From the NCBI GenBank assembly GCA_964019335.1, contig OZ025669.1, positions 62,001 through 126,000 of the forward strand: DNA of 64,000 nt, read 5' to 3'. Below are positions 47,779-58,154 of the stretch, one piece after another; the first letter of the stretch is position 1; each line of letters opens with the position of its first letter. The position numbers and the translations under genes were made by a program. This DNA comes from Diplonema japonicum (taxonomy: Eukaryota > Protista > Euglenozoa: Diplonemea). Below the pieces are notes generated by a model, which saw nothing but the letters and a program-made list of their open reading frames with translations, did no database searches and was not told the origin of the DNA.

Positions 47779-48507
47779 CTGCTTACTATACATGGCAAAA
47801 AAAAGGAGAGGGAGGGGGAGGTGGTCTGCATGGCATCCTTGACTTGGCTCTTCAAAGTCGTGCTGTACTTCGTTATCTCCCCTCCCCCCTTTTCTTTCTT
47901 CTTCGGGTCTCCTTAAGTATGGCTCGTAACAAAAAAAAAAAAAGAGACATTTAAGAAAAAAAAGAATTCACTAAGATGGAGAAGAAAAAAAAAAACCCCC
48001 CACCAAAAGAAAATGCAAAGATATCATTGGCGCAGCAGGGGACTGTGCGGAATCCTTCGCGTGAGGGGTGACAAAAAAAAAATGAGGATAATGAAAGAAG
48101 TACGAGAAGTCAATTGTATACGTAAAGAAAAAAAAAAACATCAAATACCCCACCCCCTGATGCAGAGGTGCTGCCGTTTTATTCTTTTTGATAATGGTGC
48201 CACACAAATGAGATTCTACAAAAGAAAAAAAAAAAGGAAATCTCATAAAGCCTAAACGGAAACCTTTTTTTTTATTTCCCCCCTTTCCTTTTGTTTTATT
48301 ATTTACTTTTTTTTTCTTTGAGCAAGAGTAGGAGGCGAAAAAAAAAGGGGGGAGGACCACAATAAAAAAAAATCCTATGATAGGAACAAAGTGGTTAGCA
48401 ACGGCCCCCCCCACCAAAAAAAGAGAAAGAGAGAAACAGGGGGTGGGGGGGTGGGGTGAATGTCTTTATCTCGTTGCCAAAATACCTCTGCTCCCCCTTC
48501 CCCCTCT

Positions 48508-49878
48508 TTAAAGCTGCGCATCACTAACGGGATCGAGCTGTGCAGGTGTCTTTCCCCATATCTGGGAAGCTGGGACCGGACTGAACACATCTTTCAGGTT
48601 CGCCATCTTCGAGCCTAAATCGAAGGGGTTTGCCCCTACAGAATAGATGCCCTTCATCAGCTCGCGGGTAGTGAGGTTCTGCGAGGACATGAAGTAGATA
48701 GCCCCAGTCATGTTGCACATCATCTTCGTGGTGATGACAGCCCACAGGATCCCGAACATGATCCATGTGGTGTTGAGGGTAGAGTGCTCCTTCTCACGGT
48801 CGGACAATCCCCAATGTGTCAGCTTTGCGATAAGCACACCCGACCCGACTGCGTCTGCTAACGCGATCCCTACCACAAACACGACAAACGGGCGGAAGTT
48901 CCTTTTCCCCACGCACGTCCCAGTGATGTGACAGTGGTGATCAAATCGATCGACGCAAACTGTGTGATGTGTTAAATGAAGAACATGACGATGAACAAGA
49001 ATGGATACCATCACACTCCGCACAGTGGCTCGCCCTCGGCGGACGCAACACGTTGCAAGTTCTGCACCACTTCTGCTGCACTACCTTTCCGTTGATCTCC
49101 GTGTAAGCATCTTGCTGCGGGGGTCCAGGCACCCCTTTGGGTACTATGCCAGGTTCTATCAAATGCGCCATCTGTTTTTTTGTTTCTTTTTCTTCTTTTC
49201 CCCACACACCGTGATGGCGATGAAGGCAACGGCGAGGATGGCAAGAATGATGTGCAGGTAGATATCGGGGATGCTGTCCACCGTGTTGACGACGATGAGG
49301 GGCGGCGCCACGATGAGCGGGGGGAAGATCATGAAAGAGGAAGAAGGGGACAGCATGAACTTGCCGTTTTTGTACATTTTGAAGTTGCCGTACTTGAAAG
49401 GCTTGCCGAGGAAGATGCGCTCGAGGGCGTCACCCTTCGACTTGATCCATTTGAAGCGCTCAGCGAACTTCTTGGCGCTACGACCGTGCACGATCTCAGA
49501 CTGCGCCAGCAGCTTCAACTTATCCTCATCAGCCCTAGCCTGCGCTTGTATGGCCGCGTCAGGGATAGGCGCCACCACAGCAGACTGCGATGACAGGTGC
49601 GACCCACAAGTAGGGCATGTCACTGTTTGGAAGCCCAGCCACGGGAAAGTTACATTCACGCCGCAGCGACATGTGAGCTGGTACCACTCCCTCAGGCCTC
49701 TCTCTTGGGGATGAACCCACAACCCCACTTCTCTCGGCACTGCAGGTGACTCTGGGATGTTCTCAAACGGCCTCCCCGTGGGCAGTTCCTCCTCCATCCC
49801 TTGCTGCTGTTGGTCTGGCCCATTCCCCACTTCATAGTACTCCTCTTCCTCCACCTGGTGCAGGGCTGCGTCGGCCAT
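48508..49878 (-). CDS. DHHC palmitoyltransferase, paralog 2; introns 49172-49209 and 48960-49008
   Basis: Splicing restores [40 protein letters not shown]. Confidence 0.92.
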
Positions 49879-50988
49879 GGCCCTCCTGTGGTGCTGAAAG
49901 CTCTCATAATAACAATTTCAAAAAAGAATGAAGAATAATACCACAGGGGGAAACCTCGAATACGGAGGAGAGGGGAATGGGGAGGGGGACGTAAAAAAAA
50001 ACTTTGATAGTATCAACGGCCCACGGTCGCTCCCTGCTACTTGCTAACGTAGGCCCGGCATCACGTGGGTCCTAATGAGGTGGAGGACATAGGACTGTAA
50101 TCACTCAGTGCGTGTTCAGCATAGTCCCCAAGGCCTTGTAGACCACCTTCCACAGACATGGACCGCATACACAGAACACTACGACTGGCTGCCGCCGTAG
50201 CGCCTCTCCCATGCGTGGGCGATTGCCATATAAAAAAGAAAGGAGGAAGAAGAAAAAAAAAAGCAGGGCTCTGGATCAACGGTCATTGCCTGGAGCAGGG
50301 AATTAATAAAACCACGATCCTTCGGCTAAGGTGATGCCTCTAGTGGCCCAATCCGCCACACTTGTTCTTTAGAGATGAACAATGGGCGAGAGAGGCCCTG
50401 CATAGTGGATCTATGAAGACAGGAGAGGGAAACGAGAATGAAACGGTTGAGAAAGAATCTTCATGTTTTTCTTTCTTTACTTTCTGTTCTCCCTTCCTCC
50501 CTTCCTGCCGTTATACGGGAGGTGGGAGGGGGCCGAAGGGGAAGAATGAAAAAGAATTAACTAATGTTATCCTTTCTCCCTTTTTTATGAGATCCAGATC
50601 TAATAGGGTTTTCTGAACAAGAAAAAAAAAAAATACTACAAAAGAAAACCTGACCAGGTGTCCCTCATCCGACAACTAAAACTGTGGAAAAGAAAGCTGC
50701 CTGACTCGCATTCAGCTAAACATTTACCTTGTCAGAGCGATTGGCCACAATGCACTACCAACAGTAAGTCTTGGTGGGGAGGAACACAAAGCACATTCCC
50801 CCCTGATGTAAAAGCGGACGAGACAAGGGGGGGATTTTCTTCTTTCTCCGCCGGTGTTCGTGAAAACGGGCACAGGCATGGATTGGCCAGGTAAAGGGGG
50901 GGAAAAACGGTAACAAAACACTTTCCCTTCTTGAGGGTAAGGAAGCCAGACAAATAAAAATATAAAAACATAAAAAAAAAAAACATGC

Positions 50989-53900
50989 CTACTCATCAGG
51001 GTCAGCTGAAACAGATTTCCTGCTGTTGTTCTGAGCCTCCCCGTGCTGCGTGAAGAACTTCTCCTCTGCCTCGTTGATATGCGCATTAACCTACAGTGGT
51101 GTTACAAAGGCACGGGAACAAAAAAAAAAAAAAAAATACCTGTTTTCGAATCGTATTCATCGCCATCTTAAAAGCAGAAGGGTCCTGGGCTCTGAAGGTG
51201 CCCAATTGCCTCAAGCTCATCTGCTGCCCATTATTGTTCGGCCTTGTGGTGTGCCCGTTGACGCTCTCGTGATACGAGCCTGTCAAGTCGACCATGTCCA
51301 GCCCGATGGACTCGCCGTGGTAGCATCGGAAGGAGAAGGCAGTCTTTGTGTCGCTGATGTGAGCGAATGTCGGTCTGGAAGGGGAGTTCGGGCTGTACGC
51401 CTTCTCCTCCCCAAGCTCCGTGACGACGTTCCCCCTGCCTGCGACGTGAAGGTGTGCACTTACGTAACAAGCCACCTCCTTCGCTTCGAACAGCCCTGCC
51501 AGGTCCTTCAGCACCGAGTCCTGATCATGCATGTCGATGGCAGGATCCTTCACAAATATCGTCACATGGTCATTGTTGCTGCTGGGGTCTGTGTCCATCG
51601 CCAAGTTGATGATGTCGAATTGCAACTCGGAATTCATCCATTCCAACACCGCTGTCAGCGGGCACCACACCTCTGTGTTCCGCTTGATCCTCGGGTGCTT
51701 GTACACAAACACGAATTCCCCCACGTGCGTCCCCTCTGGCACGGCAGGCGTGTACCCATAGATAGCGGGTGCGTTCTCTATCCGTGTTGTTGACACCATC
51801 GCCTTCCCAGATATTCCACGCACCTTGAACTGGTCGGACAGCTTTATCCTGATGTCCGTGAGCCTCTCCTTCCCAGCCATGCCGCCGAACGTCGTGAGAT
51901 CCTTGCAGTACAGCGTCTTCACGTTCAGAGGGTGGATGCAGCCTGCGGAGTGTGCTTGGTACATCTTAGCCTTGTGGATGTCAAGCTTCAGCAGCGCAAG
52001 GATCTGGTAGATGTCAACGATGAGCTGTGTGTTGTGCTCGCCCATCACCTTTACCACAACAAAGTGTGTCTGCCCCGAGTCGTCGGATGTGTGATGCACG
52101 CCAGGCTTGTACGCCTTCTGGCCTTTGCTCAGTTCGTCAGGAGCCACCTCGGCAACGTGCGGCAACTCCCTTGGGACGAACTTGACGGAGTTAAAGCAGC
52201 CTTCGTGCTCGAGCGTGAACTTCGGAAGGAGCTCGTTACGGCCTGTAGGGGTGGGGAAGTCATCCACCTCGTCGATCACAGTCCACCCGCTGTCCCCCGC
52301 GTCCGGCCGTGTTGAGAGGAGCCCTTCCAGGGTCCACGAGGTTGGCTCGATGGCATTGTTGGCGAAGTCCTTCGCTGTCGCGAAAGAGTAGGATTTAATC
52401 ACCACCGTGTCTGGGAACCTAATCATCAGCGGCTGCTGGTTCCTGTCGGCCCACCTGAGTTCTACGTTCGACGTGAGGACGCCCTCTGGCTGCTGACTGC
52501 CGCTAGGCCAGTCGCCGCCCACGTTTGACGCCTTTGCGTTTTTCAAGCTCACCTCGTGCCCGCCGCCATCCCAGAACTTCAGCTCTCCGATCTGGACTGC
52601 CTTCTTCTGCACGATGGGTGTCATGATGATGATGCCCTCTTCGTCATTGATGACTTCGAAGATGTGGTGCTTAATCGTCTCAAAGGCCTCGTCATCTAAC
52701 CCGTCCTGCAGCTCCATTGTTCCCGTGCGCACGATAGTTGACAAGATGAAGGTATGCTCGTCGGTCTCCAATTTCACATTGTCCGCGTGCAGGGACAGCT
52801 CCTTCAGCGATGAGATTACGTCGTGAACGATGAACGGCACATACAGACCCTTCACCTTCAACTTGAAGGAGAACACACTGTCATTGCCTTCTTTGGCGAG
52901 GGCTTCAGCTTTAATTCTGGCGTGCCGCCCAAGGGCGTATTGGAAAATGAAAGGGGAGATGACAGTCGCGAACAGCAGAGCCCACAAGCTTACACTGTAC
53001 AGCTCGGAGGACAACATCTTGCCGTAGGGCTGCCTACCAGTTTCGTAGTCTGTTGTCATGGCGATCTCCGCTATCAGGAACGCAAACTCTGCGCGTGGTG
53101 CCATGCCCGCACCCACGACAAACCTGTGGCCGTTTTCCACTGCCAAGCCTGCCAGCAGCTTAGCCAGTATGCACGGCCCTGCTGCACACGCGATGCCCAA
53201 CAGGAATGAATTCACTGTCAGCATCTCGCTGATTGGGATGGAAAAGGCGACCGTTGAACCAAAGAATATTCTTATAAGCCATTTCGAGATCTTCTTCATC
53301 TGATTCACCCACACTTGATGCGAGCGTGGCACGCGGCTAAAGCTCATCCCCGCTACAAACGCACCCAACAGATGCGACCCTATGAGAGATCCTATAAAGC
53401 AGTACACGGCCAGCACGCACATCATCAGCAGCACCTGCACGTACCGCAGCGTGTCATAAGGGAGTTTTGTGACTTCTTCTATTTTCCTGAAGACCTTCGG
53501 GAAGAGGATGAATCCAACCGCACCGCCTACAACGACAAAGGTGGTGGAGTAGATTAAAGGGAGGATGAAGACGAGGGGTGAGGCATCTCCCTTGGCTAGG
53601 TTCGCGAGTACCACGATGGCAACGATCGAGAAAATGTCCTCGATGAAGGCGGTGGCGATCTTGATAGTTTGGCCGAGGAAGGACCCAAGGGCTTTGGCTT
53701 CCGTGAGGATCTTCGATGAGATGGCCACGCTGGTGGGGGCTAAGACGAACCCCAAAGCAAGCCCATCTGGGAAGACCGATTGATGAGTATCCTCGTAACA
53801 GGAGCTACCTTCACACAGTGTGGAGCTCGAGTTGAAGGTCGGATCGCTGCCTTCATTCGTACCCCCACCGTAGACAAGGTACACGAACAGCACGCTCGAT

Positions 53901-54214
53901 CCGATGGGGAAGAGCACGGCAAGGATCGCCACAAGGAGAGACTTCCACACCACAACCTTCAGCTTTTCGAAGTTTATGTGCATCCCACTCTCGAAAATCA
54001 TGAATGTCACCCCAATGTTCCCCACAAGTTGCAGGGAGGTCTCTTGCCCCGACGACAGGACCTTCAACACCTCAGGGCCCAGTATGACTCCCGCGGCGAT
54101 CTCGCCAAGAAGCGGGGTTATCCGCAGCTTCGAGACCGCTGCGCCACCAACATACACAGCGGCGAAGAACCCACCGAGGGTGATGATAGGGTCGTACTCT
54201 GTGAAGTCATCCAT
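50989..54214 (-). CDS. CPA2-type cation/H+ antiporter with long cytosolic tail (ACT-like and discoidin-like segments); intron 51091-51139
   Basis: LGEIAAGVILGP, IFESG, TSVAI, IEDI, LGAFVAG, GMAPRAEFA; tail SYSFATA...EPTSWTLEG. Confidence 0.85.
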
Positions 54215-54274
54215 GTTGCGTGGCTGTGGTGAATGTGAATAGGTAAGCAGAAAAGAATGGGGGAAATATCTCAA

Positions 54275-55141
54275 TTAGTACTTGACCCGTTTCCCTTCGC
54301 CCGACCTCTCTGGCAGACCAAGCGACTGCTTCACGGCGAGAGGTCGCTTTACGGTGTTTGTGTCACGGAAGGCACCGTAGTAAGCGGTCACAGACTTCGT
54401 CTTGTTGTTGATGATGTTCTCCTCGATCTCCACGTTGGGCAGCGGGACGATCGAGGCAACCTGCTCGGCAAGTACATTCCTCGGCAGAAAGTAAATTATA
54501 GTGTCCGAAACGTATTTATAAGTGTCCTTGAAGACGCTGATCCCGTCGTAAGTGCATGTGTTGCTTAGCTGTATGTCTTTAAGGTCGAAGTAGGCAGCAA
54601 GTGCGTAGTTCGGCCCACCCCATGGAGGGGACAAGAAAACTATGTCGGCTTCAAGGTGCGGGAGAAGTTTTGTGTAATCGCCAAGGATGTACTCTATCTT
54701 GTGATCCACGCCGTACACCTTTGCATTTGCCCGTGCAATGCGTAGCTTAACAGGATCGATGTCGATGGCGATGACCTTCTTGGCGATCTTCGCAAACTGG
54801 ATGCTGTTCCCCCCACACCCCGAAAACGCGTCGACAATGATGTCATGCTTCACCTCAAGGCATCTTTTCGCAATGTGCTCTGCTATCGCCTCCGGCGTGA
54901 CGCTGTACCACCCTTCCTCGTCCATTTGGATCCCTTCATCAAACTTCGACCAGAGACGATATCTCTGATCCCAATACTTCTGCAGCTCCGGGTACTTGTC
55001 TGCATCCCCGAAAGCCTGCCCGCAATATTTCCCCCCAGACAGCATCCTGACCTGGTCCACTACCATCTTCCCATCCTTCTCTAAGTAGTCCCCCTCTAAG
55101 CTCAAACTGCTCACCCGATCGCTTGATGACTCCCTGCTCAT
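54275..55141 (-). CDS. TGS1: Trimethylguanosine synthase
   Basis: KYWDQRYRLWSKFDEGIQMDEEGWYSVTPEAIAEHIA, DAFSGCGGNSIQFA, FLSPPWGGP. Confidence 0.95.
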   Translation of the reverse strand: MSRESSSDRVSSLSLEGDYLEKDGKMVVDQVRMLSGGKYCGQAFGDADKYPELQKYWDQRYRLWSKFDEGIQMDEEGWYSVTPEAIAEHIAKRCLEVKHDIIVDAFSGCGGNSIQFAKIAKKVIAIDIDPVKLRIARANAKVYGVDHKIEYILGDYTKLLPHLEADIVFLSPPWGGPNYALAAYFDLKDIQLSNTCTYDGISVFKDTYKYVSDTIIYFLPRNVLAEQVASIVPLPNVEIEENIINNKTKSVTAYYGAFRDTNTVKRPLAVKQSLGLPERSGEGKRVKY

Positions 55142-55407
55142 CTTCTCACCTTAAGAAACGGATACGGGTTGTCCTTACCACTTTTTAAAAAGGTAGATGT
55201 TAATAGAGGGGGCGACTTTAAGGGGGGGGGGGGGTGCTTTTTTAAAGACTAACTGCAGACTTTTCTCTCGTTACATGCTTCTCGCCCTCTCGGAGCATGT
55301 CCTTCTTTTTTGTTCCCTTCTTTCTTTTAAACTATCACGAAACAAATAAACAAACAAAAAACACTCCTCGCTCCTCGTCTTTTTTTTCTTTTTTAAACTT
55401 CTTCCTT

Positions 55408-56451
55408 TTAGTAAACAATCGTAATCTTTAGCAAGTGCTTCGTCTTGATAAACTTGGCGGAGTAGGTGGAGGCCTTACGGAGAAGGGGGAGGGTAAGGGG
55501 CTCGGTGTCTGGGGTGGTCACCAAGAGGGTGATGTCGTCCTCAAGTTCGACGCCGACCGAGGAGGGGAGCGTGTCTTGAGGAAGGGGAATGCGGATAGTG
55601 GACTCAGAGCCGTCGGCGGAGTTGGCTACGGTGTGGGAAAGAGAAGGCTTTAGCTCGACGATCTCGGGTTTGGTGAAGGTAGTTTCTGGGTCAGGTGCCG
55701 CCACTTCTTTGGGCTTCCCTTTGTCTGTGTCTTTTTCGCTGTACATGTCGAAGAGTCTCTGTGCCACAGCTGTCTTATCGTCCTCCATCATCTTCTGTGC
55801 GTCTTTGCTGTGCCGCACCTTCCCTAGAATGTCCATCACGGAGTCCTCTTCACTCTTCTTCTCCCCTGGCAGTTTCGGCACCTTCATCACCAGTTTTCTT
55901 CCCTCCTTGTGATGCTTGTACTGTTTCTTCACATTCTCCTTCTCTTTATGCTCTGCTGTGTACGTCTCGAACAGTAGCTGCACCGTGTCGTGCATGAAGA
56001 GGTTGTCGTCCTTGCACTTCGCCATGAAATTCGGGTGGATTACACAATCAATCTGCCTGTTGTCCAGCTCCGACATGAAAATATTCAAATTCTTATCGTC
56101 CGTGTACTCTATGCTGTCGCTCTCGCACACGTTGAAGTACCGTGGGATGCCTGTCGGCTTTTCGTTGAAGTCGAGCACTTCTGTTTCCACCCAGAACACC
56201 GACTTTGGGATGTTTGGCTTTGGCTTCTCTTTCTCTCCTTTGTTTTCCGCGAGATATTTCTTTCCGTCCTCCATCTGCTGGGCGATGTATTTCTTGTACT
56301 CCACCGGGTCGGTGGCAGCGAGGTTGTCCAGGTGCTGCCACACTTCGTTCGCTTCTTTTTCAAGAGGCGTCTGGTTGTTCTTTGCAATGTTCATCACGTC
56401 GTCGGCCGTCAGTCCGCACATCTTCTCCATCTCGGCAATACTTGGCGACAT
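55408..56451 (-). CDS. PIH1-domain protein with C-terminal CS-like domain
   Basis: WQHLDNLAATDPVEYKKYI, FNVC, IDCVIHP, SAKFIKTKHLLKITI. Confidence 0.75.
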   Translation of the reverse strand: MSPSIAEMEKMCGLTADDVMNIAKNNQTPLEKEANEVWQHLDNLAATDPVEYKKYIAQQMEDGKKYLAENKGEKEKPKPNIPKSVFWVETEVLDFNEKPTGIPRYFNVCESDSIEYTDDKNLNIFMSELDNRQIDCVIHPNFMAKCKDDNLFMHDTVQLLFETYTAEHKEKENVKKQYKHHKEGRKLVMKVPKLPGEKKSEEDSVMDILGKVRHSKDAQKMMEDDKTAVAQRLFDMYSEKDTDKGKPKEVAAPDPETTFTKPEIVELKPSLSHTVANSADGSESTIRIPLPQDTLPSSVGVELEDDITLLVTTPDTEPLTLPLLRKASTYSAKFIKTKHLLKITIVY

Positions 56452-56511
56452 GCTAACTACCTACCTTACTACCTGTGTGACCTCAGTTTGAAATAGTGGC
56501 TTTGTATCACT

Positions 56512-57594
56512 TTAAATATTAAAATCGCAGCGTGACTTGCTAGTGTGGTTTCCGCAACCCGACTGCGCTCCCATCACTGTTTCCCATCCTGCTACGATTG
56601 CACTCTCCTCGCTGCAGTGTGTTGGGTACTTCAGCTTCATAGGTGGGTCCCTGCAGAAGTGGTTCATCAAGACGTCCAGCTGCAACGACGCAACAGGGAA
56701 GTGGTAGTGCACACCATCCTTAGTGTGGCTCTTGGCGGCACGCGTGATAGGCACGGTGTCGATGACGGGAACAGCATTGCAGGCAGCTGCCAGGACCAGG
56801 GCTTGTCGAAAGACAGCCACTTTGCTTGGGTGGTTGCATATGTAGCATAGCTGATCTGTCGGACAGTTATCTCTGTGCAGCCAATGGAGTGGGTACACTA
56901 CAAGTGTTGTTTTGTTGCCGATCTTCTCTTTCAGCTCCCTGATCCTTTCCTTCGCACTTTCATAGAAGGCTTTTGGCCCGCAATATGTTACCCCCATATC
57001 CGACATCCCACTGTTCAAAAGCACAACATCTGCTGTGGCGATAGACTCACGTGTGTACGGCATCCTCGCGGGATACCTTCTAGGCTCGTTCATGGTCGGC
57101 GACCAAAAGTAGTCAATCCCCTTCGCGCCGTTGCTGCCGACAGCTCGGATGTACTTCGGGCGCTCTTTTCGTCGTTTCTTCGGGTTCCTGCTTCTGCGGA
57201 TGAAGCCCACCTCCGCCCTTTCTATTGGGATGTACATCATCATCGCTTTTGTCAGCGAGTCCCCGAACACCGTGTACCTCTTCGACCTGAAGCACGATGT
57301 CAGTTCCATCCTGTTGTACTGTTTGAGCACGCATTCCCGTCCGTGCCACTCAGATGCCGATTCATTACGGTCGACGAGCTTCCCAGGGTACAGGTCATGG
57401 TACCCCTCACAGTATCTTCGCTCTTCAACGTTGTGTGATGCGACCTCCTCTTCTGGCAACGGCCGCGCATTGGAGTGCTTTGAGTTCTCACGATCTCTGT
57501 TCCATGTACCTTCGTGCAACATCTCAGGGTATGCCACCAAGTTGACTGCCAAGGCTATCGCTACCAGCGTGATGGACACCCGCAGCCATATCAT
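56512..57594 (-). CDS. Membrane-anchored SGNH/PC-esterase (TBL-like) protein
   Basis: N-terminal TM; VFGDSL, LNSGMSD, DGVHY. Confidence 0.75.
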   Translation of the reverse strand: MIWLRVSITLVAIALAVNLVAYPEMLHEGTWNRDRENSKHSNARPLPEEEVASHNVEERRYCEGYHDLYPGKLVDRNESASEWHGRECVLKQYNRMELTSCFRSKRYTVFGDSLTKAMMMYIPIERAEVGFIRRSRNPKKRRKERPKYIRAVGSNGAKGIDYFWSPTMNEPRRYPARMPYTRESIATADVVLLNSGMSDMGVTYCGPKAFYESAKERIRELKEKIGNKTTLVVYPLHWLHRDNCPTDQLCYICNHPSKVAVFRQALVLAAACNAVPVIDTVPITRAAKSHTKDGVHYHFPVASLQLDVLMNHFCRDPPMKLKYPTHCSEESAIVAGWETVMGAQSGCGNHTSKSRCDFNI

Positions 57595-57649
57595 ACGTGT
57601 AACCTATGGTGAATGGGTGGTGGCAGTGCTCAAATATCATGCTGTTGCT

Positions 57650-58096
57650 CTACTTCCGTTTCTTAACGTTTCGCCTCTTCATCACCACGTACGCCACCAG
57701 CAACCCCTGCCCCAGCCTGAATCCCAAGGTGTTGAAGAAGATGTCCCAAGCAGAGTTCACCCCCCGCTCCACCCAGAACTCATGAAGGCGGGTGATGGGC
57801 GTCGATGCGCAGTATCCCTCAAAGACTTCGAACATGCACCCCCCGATGAAGCCGATCAGCATGTGGTTGGGCAACACGAAGCCAACGCCCATGAAAATGA
57901 CGACGTGCACGAAGGACCACAAGTCGATGGAAACATACTCACCATGGATGAGCGGGTATGCTAAGGGGTCCGTGCCCAGACTGTAGTACCACAACCGCAT
58001 GAGGAGGATCATAGTGCCAGTGGCGATGAAGTACCGCACGAGCATCCCTACTCCTGTCCATCCCTGCCCGAAGGGCAACTCCGATGGGTCGATCAT
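57650..58096 (-). CDS. Small multi-pass membrane protein
   Basis: DLWSFVH...FEVFE...NSAWD motifs with 3-4 hydrophobic segments. Confidence 0.7.
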   Translation of the reverse strand: MIDPSELPFGQGWTGVGMLVRYFIATGTMILLMRLWYYSLGTDPLAYPLIHGEYVSIDLWSFVHVVIFMGVGFVLPNHMLIGFIGGCMFEVFEGYCASTPITRLHEFWVERGVNSAWDIFFNTLGFRLGQGLLVAYVVMKRRNVKKRK

Positions 58097-58154
58097 GTTA
58101 ATGCCCTATGTATACTGAGTGGGCGCAACAATTGGCAATGCCTATCTATATACT

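Noticed and set aside
11850-50980. SL RNA, tRNA, C/D snoRNA or telomerase RNA genes in the non-coding islands
   Set aside because: No SL exon, tRNA cloverleaf, paired C/D boxes or CCCTAACCC template recognised by eye; a covariance-model search is still needed.
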